Shown in pieces: positions 9,726-18,559 of a stretch of DNA of 64,000 nucleotides. Every line of letters begins with the position of its first letter. Within the stretch, counting starts at the first letter, position 1. The notes under the pieces were generated by a model that saw only the letters and a program-made list of their open reading frames with translations, was not told where the DNA came from and searched no databases. The translations under genes were made by a program, and so were the position numbers. The stretch is taken from positions 96,001-160,000 of the forward strand of contig JAHLWR010000002.1 in NCBI GenBank assembly GCA_019057815.1, in the 5' to 3' direction. This DNA comes from Candidatus Heimdallarchaeota archaeon (GTDB lineage Archaea > Asgardarchaeota > Heimdallarchaeia > Heimdallarchaeales > Heimdallarchaeaceae).

Positions 9726-11720
9726 TTACTTCCGCTTTCTGTAAAGAGCTACGAAAACAACAGCACCAAGTGCGCCAAGTATAGCTAATAATGACATTGG
9801 TGCTTTAGTTTCTGTCTCTATTATAGTCTCTACAGTTGTTTCGGTATCTGTCGTTATGATTGTCTCTGTTTCTAGTGTTGGAATTTCACTAATAACTTCT
9901 GCAGCAAACAGCCATTCGAAGGAAGCAGCCAAATCATAACGGTATTTGACTATGTCATGATTGTACCAGAAAGCTTGTACTGGATAGATTGGACTGTCCG
10001 AAATGAGAAATTCACCATCATGAAGTACTTGATTCATTTCTTTACGATCAATGGCGTAGTTAAGTGCTTTACGAACTGCTGCGCCTTTAGTGTATTCCTC
10101 TTTTCCTGGAATATCTACCATATCATAGTTTGCGTCACCACCGATGAATGGACGTCGTAGGTTGTAGAACAAGAATGAGAAGTATCCTTGCAATTGAGTT
10201 TGGACTTCAAACCTTGCATCTTGTTGCATTTGTTTCCTTTCTGCGGGGAACGATGCTAGACCCATGATACTTAGTTTACCAGATTTGAATTCAGCTAGAG
10301 CTGAAGTTTGATCTGGAATAACTCTTATGATGACAGTATCGATATCTAAGTCTTGAGGAGTGCCATCAATTGCACCAATACCAAAATTAGTTTCCCAGAA
10401 TACGCTTTTTTGTAATACAGTAACTGAGTTTTGGATGCTATAATCCAACATGTATTTTCCGCAACCAAATGCTGAAGTACTGAATAATGTCCATGGAGTC
10501 TCTAGGAGAATATCATCATAGATACCAGTCATTTCTACTCCACCACCAGATGTGGTGATTGTTGGGTCTGTACTGTTCAGGAAGAATTCAGGAAGACATC
10601 GAGAGGTTATTCTTGGCCAGAATGGAGCATAATTATCAAGTTCTGCAGTTGCGGGTTTACCATCAATGACTATGTGGAAAGTATATTCATCTAGTGGATC
10701 TATCCATATAGCTCTAATCCAATCGTAGAGGAAAGCATCTTCACTAGTAATTGTGTTAGCCCATGCAAGATAGGTAAAGACAGCGTCTTTAGCAGTAACT
10801 TCTTGGTTCGTTCCATCACTTGCTAGACCTTTTAGACCAGCTACTGGTGTTTCAGATGAAAGATCGGTTGAACCATCTCTGGCTGTGGTATCATAGGAAG
10901 GATTCCAATAAACACCTTGTCTCATGGTGAAAGTGAAGTAACTATCATTGATCATTTCCCAAGATTCAACAAGACCAGTCTTCAATGGTTCAAAATCCGG
11001 ACTCATTTGAACAATGGGTTCCATCACTAATGAGGAAATGAGAGAGCTTGAAGAATCATCTTGTAATAATGGGTTAAGTTCTTTCCAATTAGCATCGCTA
11101 TCAATAAACTCTGTCAAATACTCTTGACCATCATGATAATCTGTCCAATCCATGTAAGGTAGAGAGTCAACGTATCCCCATCTCATATCATAGCCAGTTA
11201 ATGTTGCCCATGTAGCAGTATAAAATCTTGGACTGTATAGAGGTAACATTGGGACGATTTTGTCCATCAAGAGTTGTTGCCAGTCGTAATAGAGTTGTTG
11301 TCTTTCTGCTAGATCGACGATAGTAACACCATCAATCATCAAGTTTTCGCTATCATTACCGTATGGCATCACTTTGTCAATACCAAACATGTTCAGAGAA
11401 GCGGTTTCTTTGTATACTCCGGAAGGATCAGGGTCAGCTGTACCTCCAGTAAGAGCTACAATACCCATGTCAAAATCGTATGTAACGGTAAGTGTTCCAA
11501 TGAATACTACCCATTCTTCGACTTTAACATCTACAGCAATACCAATTTCGGCCAGATATTGAGCAATATATAAACCATAATCTGGACGTGTTCCACCACC
11601 ATTAGTCTTAAAGGTTAAGTGAGCAATTGGATCAACTGCGGCTTTTGTGTTAGCAGTTTGAAGACTCATTAAGAGAAAACTAGCTACCACAAAAAATGCG
11701 ATAAATGATTTTTTGTTCAT
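9726..11720 (-). CDS. ABC peptide/nickel-type (family 5) solute-binding protein, circularly permuted, C-terminally anchored
   Basis: LNPL, LVESWE, TFTMRQGVYW, VTAKDAVFT, GCGKYML, VRKALNYAIDR motifs; signal peptide; T/E linker, TM and RKRK tail; SD AGGTGA. Confidence 0.9.
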   Translation of the reverse strand: MNKKSFIAFFVVASFLLMSLQTANTKAAVDPIAHLTFKTNGGGTRPDYGLYIAQYLAEIGIAVDVKVEEWVVFIGTLTVTYDFDMGIVALTGGTADPDPSGVYKETASLNMFGIDKVMPYGNDSENLMIDGVTIVDLAERQQLYYDWQQLLMDKIVPMLPLYSPRFYTATWATLTGYDMRWGYVDSLPYMDWTDYHDGQEYLTEFIDSDANWKELNPLLQDDSSSSLISSLVMEPIVQMSPDFEPLKTGLVESWEMINDSYFTFTMRQGVYWNPSYDTTARDGSTDLSSETPVAGLKGLASDGTNQEVTAKDAVFTYLAWANTITSEDAFLYDWIRAIWIDPLDEYTFHIVIDGKPATAELDNYAPFWPRITSRCLPEFFLNSTDPTITTSGGGVEMTGIYDDILLETPWTLFSTSAFGCGKYMLDYSIQNSVTVLQKSVFWETNFGIGAIDGTPQDLDIDTVIIRVIPDQTSALAEFKSGKLSIMGLASFPAERKQMQQDARFEVQTQLQGYFSFLFYNLRRPFIGGDANYDMVDIPGKEEYTKGAAVRKALNYAIDRKEMNQVLHDGEFLISDSPIYPVQAFWYNHDIVKYRYDLAASFEWLFAAEVISEIPTLETETIITTDTETTVETIIETETKAPMSLLAILGALGAVVFVALYRKRK

Positions 11721-11735
11721 TTAATATCACCTATT

Positions 11736-12974
11736 CTATTTTCTGCGGCGCAGAAATACTGCGGCCACTAGACCGACCATTGAGACACTTATAAGTATAC
11801 CGAACAGCGGACCGGTTTCAGTCGTTGATTCTATTATTGTTGTATTAGTAACAATAGTTGTTGATTCTGTAATAGTTTCTGTCTCGGTTGTTTCTTCGGG
11901 TTCTATACCTACAACAACTTTGAATATAACTGTAGCGTGCCTTAAAGCTGGATAAGGGTTTGCATAAGCTACTGAGTAATCATCTGCTCTTAGACCAGAT
12001 ACTATGAAGTAGACATAGTTGACACCTATTACTAGATCAAGTGGTGTTTCATCAAATTGTAACTTTTGGTTAGTAGATAACCATGTATAATTATTAGGTC
12101 CTACTGAGTATACGTTTGCAAACATTGTTCCATAAGTTGCATTAATCAGAACCAGTTCTGTATCTGAAGCGTTATAAATAACGTGTATTGAAGCATTTGC
12201 TCCAGTAGCAGGATCTACATATTGATTACGCTCATCAGGTAGAGTATCATCTGTGTATTGTGCTGCTTCAGCACTTGGTCTGATGTCAGCCCAACCACCG
12301 TCTGCCCAGTTATAATATCCGAAAAGATCCATTGATTCAACAGCTTCAACGTCTATTATAGCCATATTTTCTGCATCTACGCGCAGTGTTGGTGTGTCAT
12401 CACGATTTTCTGCGACATAGAATCTAACTTGGTCTTGAGCATATTCCCAATGCCATTCTGTGTGTGTATCATTTGAAACAAGTTCAGAGAGCACTATTGT
12501 AAGATAATGCCAACCAACATCTAATGCTATAGTGATATCTTGGTATGTATTAGCTTGTGAACCGCCAATATCGAAGTTGGATTGACCAAGGTCGTAACCA
12601 TCTAAGAAAGTCGTCATCTGACCAGCTAGACGTGTTTCTGTATATGTTCCGTTTTCATCGGCTTCATCGTAAAACCAGTTATCTGGTTGCCATCCGTCAC
12701 CATATGCGTTGACGCCACCAGCAGCAAATGAAACAAAAGCTAAATCATAATAGAACATGAAGTCTATTATATCATCTTCAGTAAAGAGCATATTATCAGC
12801 TAATAGTCTTTTGTCAATATCTACAAACACACCACCCATATCGACATAGCAATCTGGATAGTATTTAATTGTTAGATTGACTTTGTTATCATTTGTTTTA
12901 GCGTCAGTAAAGGCAACTACACCTATGGCTGAAACCACGAATAGTAGTACAAAAATTAATCCTTTTTTATTCAT
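11736..12974 (-). CDS. Secreted acidic surface protein with T-rich linker and C-terminal TM anchor
   Basis: SD AGGTGA 5 nt before ATG 12974 (MNKKGLIF); ends TETGPLFG-TM-RRRK. Confidence 0.75.
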   Translation of the reverse strand: MNKKGLIFVLLFVVSAIGVVAFTDAKTNDNKVNLTIKYYPDCYVDMGGVFVDIDKRLLADNMLFTEDDIIDFMFYYDLAFVSFAAGGVNAYGDGWQPDNWFYDEADENGTYTETRLAGQMTTFLDGYDLGQSNFDIGGSQANTYQDITIALDVGWHYLTIVLSELVSNDTHTEWHWEYAQDQVRFYVAENRDDTPTLRVDAENMAIIDVEAVESMDLFGYYNWADGGWADIRPSAEAAQYTDDTLPDERNQYVDPATGANASIHVIYNASDTELVLINATYGTMFANVYSVGPNNYTWLSTNQKLQFDETPLDLVIGVNYVYFIVSGLRADDYSVAYANPYPALRHATVIFKVVVGIEPEETTETETITESTTIVTNTTIIESTTETGPLFGILISVSMVGLVAAVFLRRRK

Positions 12975-12988
12975 ATTTTTCACCTTTA

Positions 12989-13004
12989 CTTACGTAAACG
13001 TAAG
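12989..13004. promoter_or_regulatory. Palindromic putative operator upstream of the surface protein/SBP operon
   Basis: CTTACG-TAAA-CGTAAG between a minus-strand TTTTATAT (~13027-13034) and the SD. Confidence 0.45.
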
Positions 13005-13153
13005 CGAGATAATTTATTTTTAGGAAATATAAAAAGATTATGTATCCAAATTTCTGAATAATCTGATTTTTTACCAAACAAGAAACCCGAAAGAGCAGCA
13101 TATTCTACAATAATGTCAAAGGATTTTTTGAGATTCTTAACCAATAAAAATTA

Positions 13154-13891
13154 TCATTCTTTTTTATTAATAAGCCCTTTAACCGCTTTTAATGAGCTGT
13201 TAATATCTTCAATCTTTTTCTCTAAAGATTCCAACATTATTTTAAGTTGACTTATTTCATCTTTTGTAGATTGATGATTTTTTTCCACAATTGTTGATTC
13301 AACTCTAGATTCAATTCTTTCAGGCATTTCATAGTCCTTTTCACCTGTTGTATCCCCTAAAATCAGTTTTTTACTCATGTGCTCAAATAATTCATTAATA
13401 TTAGTACCTGTTAGTGCTGAAGTTTCATAAACTTTAGGTGAAAATTTGGTTAGCTGTTGAATCTTTTGTGCGGTATTAATAATATCTTCTTGTTCAACTA
13501 AGCGTGAATCATCAAGATCAATTTTGTTACCAATAAGATATATTTCTTGAAGTGAATCTTTAGCATATTGAGTTGCTTCTTCAGCCCATTTTAAGCTGTT
13601 ATTCAATGTTGATGTATTTGTCACATCAAAAACTATTAGTGCACATTTACACCCATGATAGAAAGAGGAGCGCATTCCATGGAAGATGCTTTGTCCCGCT
13701 AAATCCCAGATTGTTAACAAAACTATTTCTCCCTCAATATTCACCTTTTGAGCAGCAAAGTCAGCGCCCAAAGTTTTTAAGTAATCAGTTCGGAAAGATT
13801 TTCCCATATATTTTCTTCTTATTGACGTTTTACCTACTTCAGGGTCTCCAATTAATACGATTTTATAAGCGCGCTTCGGTTCAAGTGACAT
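13154..13891 (-). CDS. Rab-like small GTPase with C-terminal coiled coil
   Basis: GDPEVGKTS, TLGADF, WDLAGQ, GNKID, ETSAL. Confidence 0.92.
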   Translation of the reverse strand: MSLEPKRAYKIVLIGDPEVGKTSIRRKYMGKSFRTDYLKTLGADFAAQKVNIEGEIVLLTIWDLAGQSIFHGMRSSFYHGCKCALIVFDVTNTSTLNNSLKWAEEATQYAKDSLQEIYLIGNKIDLDDSRLVEQEDIINTAQKIQQLTKFSPKVYETSALTGTNINELFEHMSKKLILGDTTGEKDYEMPERIESRVESTIVEKNHQSTKDEISQLKIMLESLEKKIEDINSSLKAVKGLINKKE

Positions 13892-13981
13892 ATGTTAACA
13901 CCAATTAAGTATTAGTGTAACTTTGTTTTATAAAATTTTGTGAATAATGCATTATAAAAAATTGAAGCTCTCAAGAACAAT

Positions 13982-15298
13982 TTATCCTTGTAAACTCTGA
14001 TAAAGTAGCTTGTAAAAGGTTCTTACTACTTCCAAGCTGTCGATTTCTACATATTCATTTGAGCCGTGGACATTTCCACCCAACGGTCCAAATTCAATTG
14101 CGGGGATATTATCAACACTGAACCATCTACTATCTGTTGCACCCCCCATTTCAAGTGGAGTTGAAAGCAATCTCATTTTCTCAGCAACTTCGATGCTTGT
14201 TTTAACAAGTTTTGAATCGAGGGGGGTGTTAACTGGACCGATACTTCCTTTTGACACCACCTTTGATTCGATTAAATACTTTTTAGAAAAATTTTCGAAA
14301 TATTGTTGTATCACTTCGTGGTCATTACTCATTATTCTCAAATCAAGTTGGCACATATGGCTTTCTCTTTCCTCTCTGTAGTAGTTGAATGTAAGATTGA
14401 TACCATAATCGCTATAATCAGAGGTTAATTCAACGTTTTTTAGATTGGAAACAGCTTGGAGAAATCTTGTGAGATTTTCATCATATTTATGCACTTCTTC
14501 ACTTGTTCTATCTGGAATAATATAATCAATTGTTATCTCTGATGGAAGGACATTATTTTTTACAAACACACCTGTAATTTTCTGAACTTTGTAATCGTTT
14601 TTCACAAGAAATTGAGATGCTAAATCTGCACAATGAACATCCATTTGCTTGTTAAAATACGCAGCATGCATAGTTCTGTCGTCAATTATTTTAGTTCTGA
14701 AAGTTTCAGAATTCTTTCTTCCTCTAATTTCCCCCACGCACTTCTTTAGGTTAAACGTGATCACATACGGATTACGACGACGATTTATTATCTGCAGACC
14801 GTTTGCATCACCATTAATAACATAATCTGGAACGAGGTTTTTTTCTTTTAAAATAGGCAGTAATTGACCTGCACCATAAGATCCACCTGATTCTTCATCA
14901 AGATTTATCGCATAGACAATTGAAGCTGTTCCATTGTTCTTGAAAAATTCAGCTAAACTTAGCATAACAGCTACTGCTCCTTTCATATCAGCAGAACCCC
15001 TACCATAAGCTTTGCCATCCTTTATAGTCAATTGAAAAGGGTCTGTCTCCCACTTTGGTCCTGGGGGAACAACGTCACAATGACCAATAAAGAGAATTAT
15101 AGGTTTTAACCTTGGTATGTATGATAATAGTGACCAGTAACCATTTTCTTCATAGAATAAACTATCATAATCCAAAAGAGCAAAAATTTGGTCGTTAATA
15201 TAATCTAGTATATCTCGAGAAGGTTTTGTATTTTCTACAGGATTATTTACTGAAGAAAAAGAGACTAGTTTATTCAAACATGTTAAGAAATCTTCCAT
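13982..15298 (-). CDS. M20/DapE-ArgE family metallopeptidase
   Basis: GHCDVVP, GRGSADMKG, DEESG, GGATD, HGSNE. Confidence 0.9.
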   Translation of the reverse strand: MEDFLTCLNKLVSFSSVNNPVENTKPSRDILDYINDQIFALLDYDSLFYEENGYWSLLSYIPRLKPIILFIGHCDVVPPGPKWETDPFQLTIKDGKAYGRGSADMKGAVAVMLSLAEFFKNNGTASIVYAINLDEESGGSYGAGQLLPILKEKNLVPDYVINGDANGLQIINRRRNPYVITFNLKKCVGEIRGRKNSETFRTKIIDDRTMHAAYFNKQMDVHCADLASQFLVKNDYKVQKITGVFVKNNVLPSEITIDYIIPDRTSEEVHKYDENLTRFLQAVSNLKNVELTSDYSDYGINLTFNYYREERESHMCQLDLRIMSNDHEVIQQYFENFSKKYLIESKVVSKGSIGPVNTPLDSKLVKTSIEVAEKMRLLSTPLEMGGATDSRWFSVDNIPAIEFGPLGGNVHGSNEYVEIDSLEVVRTFYKLLYQSLQG

Positions 15299-15349
15299 GA
15301 TATAAATTAGTTACATTTTCTTTTTAGATTTTTGGAAAGAGTTAAGGGA

Positions 15350-15946
15350 TTAAGTAATTATTATTAAACTACTTTGGTAAAAAGAATTCTCAATTGCATA
15401 TCTTCCTCCAGCTTGTAAGAGGTAACGATAGTTCATTATGATATAAAACGATTCTCCAAAACCCAATTCACCTATAGAACCTTCTAAGTTTTCACATTGG
15501 ACATCAAAATCAGCGTAAGTACCATTTTCTACTTTGTAACCTTCCACTGGTTGCCCTAAATATTCGTTAACCCAGAAGGTATATTCACTGAGGACAATCA
15601 CCCAAGGAATAGTTTCATCGACTAATTCTCCAGTTGGTAACATAATATCGAAATCATAAATATAAATATCTGGAGAAAAAGCATCATTATTAATTTGAAA
15701 GGATATTGTATCATTTAGCGTATCATTATCAGTATCTGCAAATCCAGTAATAATGAATGTAAAATTAACTTGAGAGGTCATAGAAGGGGTCTCTAAATAG
15801 TCTGGAAGTTCAATTACATTTATATTAAAGATAACCCCTGCAATTATACCTGCAGCTCCAAGTGTCAGAGCTAGAAGCATTACTGTTGCAATGATGGGAG
15901 AAACTCCTCTACGACATTTTTTTAGTATAAGCAACATTTGAAACAT
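15350..15946 (-). CDS. Archaeal type IV pilin/archaellin-like protein (class III signal peptide)
   Basis: RRG|VSPIIATVMLLALT N-terminal motif. Confidence 0.8.
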   Translation of the reverse strand: MFQMLLILKKCRRGVSPIIATVMLLALTLGAAGIIAGVIFNINVIELPDYLETPSMTSQVNFTFIITGFADTDNDTLNDTISFQINNDAFSPDIYIYDFDIMLPTGELVDETIPWVIVLSEYTFWVNEYLGQPVEGYKVENGTYADFDVQCENLEGSIGELGFGESFYIIMNYRYLLQAGGRYAIENSFYQSSLIIIT

Positions 15947-16024
15947 TCCTTGATTTATTTAGTGATGTTGTATACAAAGATTATTTTGAAACTATATAAC
16001 TTTTAAGTTGGTTTGAACAAATTA

Positions 16025-17812
16025 TCATTTTACTTCTTTATCAGCTAATTCATTACTCATTATTTTTTCTTTGTTTCTTTTACTAAACAGGCGTTTGAAT
16101 GTTTTTATGGTTTCTTTATATATGTAAACTGTATCATCTTTAATCATTACATAATTTTTCTTCTTAAACAAACTTTTGTACATTGACTGAGGTATTAAAA
16201 GTGAAACTAGTATAAACAGTATAAGTAAGAACAAGGGATGCAGATGTCTTGATTTAATGATAATTATCCATGTATAGTAGTAAAATGCCCCACAGCATAG
16301 AACGAATGAGAAACCTAACGCTAAATCCTTAAGTCTTGGTTTAATGATAATTATCCATGTATAGTAGTAAAATGCCCCAAAACATAGAATGAAAAAGGAA
16401 CCTAACGCTGAAGCCTTTAATTTTTCAGTATTAACCAATGATTGAACAAAAGATTTTTCTTTTGTGGCAGCTACTTTTTCTTCTGAAACATCAATCTTCT
16501 CTGTTGTATTTTCTTTATTGTCTTCAGATTTTCCATCTCTGTGAATTATCTTATTCAGTAAATCAAATAGATAATCATCTAAAAGCATTACAGCACCCAG
16601 TAGTAAGAAAGGACTGAAAAATGCACCATAATATTTGTATACACCTCTGGCTATAAACACATGCGTAAGTAAAATCAACCAAGTTGTAAATACACCGAAG
16701 TATGTTTCATTTTCCCCGATTTTTTTTCCATTAAAGTATGCTATAAGAGCTGCTATTATATAAAACAAGAAAAATGGAATCTGGTATTTATTAAGTGTTA
16801 AATAGAAATTCGAGAGGAAACCTATATCCAGATATTTAAAACTGTGAGCTAGAGAAACAGTTACTCCATTATACATTGGCGAAATAACTGCAGTACTAAG
16901 AGCCTTTCCAGGACCTAAAACCCTTCTGACATAAGACATTGGAGTTAATACCAACCAAGGTAGAGAAAAAAGAAATGTTGCGATAAAAAATGGTACTAAA
17001 AACTCTACTAAAGCAGTTTTTAATGATTTCTTTTTCCATACAATAAGGAACCAGATCGGGACTATGAATAGTGTCATTTGTTTTGAGAGCCATGCAATTG
17101 TGAGGAATAACGCAGAAATCCTGTATTTTTCTTTCAAGAACAATATCAGTGCCAATAAAGTAAAAAATGTCATTTGTGGAATATTAAGAAATCTACTATC
17201 AACATAAATTAAATTCATCGGCATGAAAGTAAGACCAACAGCTGCAAGGATTCCAATAGCGTGCTTTTTGATATCGTTACGTTTTTGAAAAGATTTAAGT
17301 TGTGTAATGACAATATATAATAATGCTACAGTTAGTGCATCAAAAACAATATGAGACCATTTTACTGATTCTGCGACTAGTAAATCCCTTTCCATGCCTG
17401 GATTAAAAAGACCTACAAAGATTGAAATAAAATATATTGAATAAATGAAAATTGGTCCATATGCATAACCATTTAGAGGTCCCTCTCCGCCAGCATAAGG
17501 ATTCCAATTTTCAAAACGAAAAGCTTGAAGATAGGGTTCATAATAGTGGGAGGCATCATTATAGGATTCGATGTACCATACAACAGATTCGTCTCCTAAA
17601 GTTCCACTTGTATGTGTCCAATAAAAACTGCTGCCATTCTGCTCTAAATACCATGTTGAAAACAGATTTTTCATTACCATAGCAAAAGTAAAAAGCATTA
17701 ATGCTATTAAAGAAATTTTTAGCATCTCAATAGCTTGCTCTCTTGTAATATTGTTTTTTAGGCGCTTGATTGGATTTATGTCAATGTTGCGTAGTTTTGT
17801 CATTATTGTCAC
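16025..17812 (-). CDS. GT-C fold (GT87/PIG-M-like) polytopic glycosyltransferase
   Basis: Luminal D...NPY...YAYGP loop, LSKQ motif, more than 10 TMs. Confidence 0.6.
   Translation of the reverse strand: MTIMTKLRNIDINPIKRLKNNITREQAIEMLKISLIALMLFTFAMVMKNLFSTWYLEQNGSSFYWTHTSGTLGDESVVWYIESYNDASHYYEPYLQAFRFENWNPYAGGEGPLNGYAYGPIFIYSIYFISIFVGLFNPGMERDLLVAESVKWSHIVFDALTVALLYIVITQLKSFQKRNDIKKHAIGILAAVGLTFMPMNLIYVDSRFLNIPQMTFFTLLALILFLKEKYRISALFLTIAWLSKQMTLFIVPIWFLIVWKKKSLKTALVEFLVPFFIATFLFSLPWLVLTPMSYVRRVLGPGKALSTAVISPMYNGVTVSLAHSFKYLDIGFLSNFYLTLNKYQIPFFLFYIIAALIAYFNGKKIGENETYFGVFTTWLILLTHVFIARGVYKYYGAFFSPFLLLGAVMLLDDYLFDLLNKIIHRDGKSEDNKENTTEKIDVSEEKVAATKEKSFVQSLVNTEKLKASALGSFFILCFGAFYYYTWIIIIKPRLKDLALGFSFVLCCGAFYYYTWIIIIKSRHLHPLFLLILFILVSLLIPQSMYKSLFKKKNYVMIKDDTVYIYKETIKTFKRLFSKRNKEKIMSNELADKEVK
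16246..16419. repeat. 87-bp in-frame tandem duplication (29 aa, one TM helix)
   Basis: Copies start at 16246 and 16333 and share tttaatgataattatccatgtatagtagtaaaatgcccca. Confidence 0.9.
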
Positions 17813-17994
17813 TTGATACTGAGGACTTGATATTGAGGTTTACAATCTTAAATATATATAATTTGGGGGAACAACTCAAAAAAAGTCTTTCAACAATATC
17901 TTTAGAATATTTTGTTTTCATTTTAAAATACTATTCATGTATAATTTCAGAAAATCTCTCGATTCTTCTTTCATGAGGATAGAGTAGTTAGTGT

Positions 17995-18072
17995 GTGACT
18001 CACCCTAGAAAAATAGTGGTCATCTTGCTGTTTATTCTCTGAAGCCCCCTTCTTTAGGTGGGGAGTAGTCAC
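17995..18072 (+). mobile_element. Orphan IS200/IS605-family right end or miniature derivative
   Basis: GAAGCCCCCTTC-TTTA-GGTGGGGAGTAGTCAC: GC-rich hairpin with TTTA loop ending in TCAC; GTGACTCACCC at 17995 is a partial inverted copy of the end. Confidence 0.6.
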
Positions 18073-18473
18073 TTTGGTGAGGGTATTGTTTGAATTTGAT
18101 GGTAAGAATGTTCTGCTTTTTTTAATGAAGATTTCAATACATCGATTTCTTCTTTCGATAAACCTGCCTTCTTCAGTTCATCTATAAATGAATAGGACGA
18201 CACAGAAATGTGCTTCAAATTTCCACGATTAAGTATCTCACTAACTTTATTTCGCATGTTCCACAAATAGGGACGATTCTTAAAATGTATCATAGCTTTC
18301 CTTACTTCGCCTCTTACAATTTCTGCGTCCTCAGCACGAATTTGTTGTTCATTTGTTTCAAGGAAATGGGTGATTTCTTTCAATATTAAAGGATCTATTT
18401 CTTCAGTTGTCGGAAATACACAGTTTAAAGCAAATTCTAAGAGTTCCTTATCACCAATTGTAGATACCATCAC
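18069..18473 (-). CDS. Hypothetical protein
   Basis: 134-aa ORF; its stop codon lies inside the IS-like end. Confidence 0.55.
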   Translation of the reverse strand: MMVSTIGDKELLEFALNCVFPTTEEIDPLILKEITHFLETNEQQIRAEDAEIVRGEVRKAMIHFKNRPYLWNMRNKVSEILNRGNLKHISVSSYSFIDELKKAGLSKEEIDVLKSSLKKAEHSYHQIQTIPSPK

Positions 18474-18559
18474 TATAAAAGCATAATTTAATTTAAAAAA
18501 GCCGGATGATATGAGGCTATGATGGAAGACTTAACCTAGGTATTACAAAGTATGATGTC

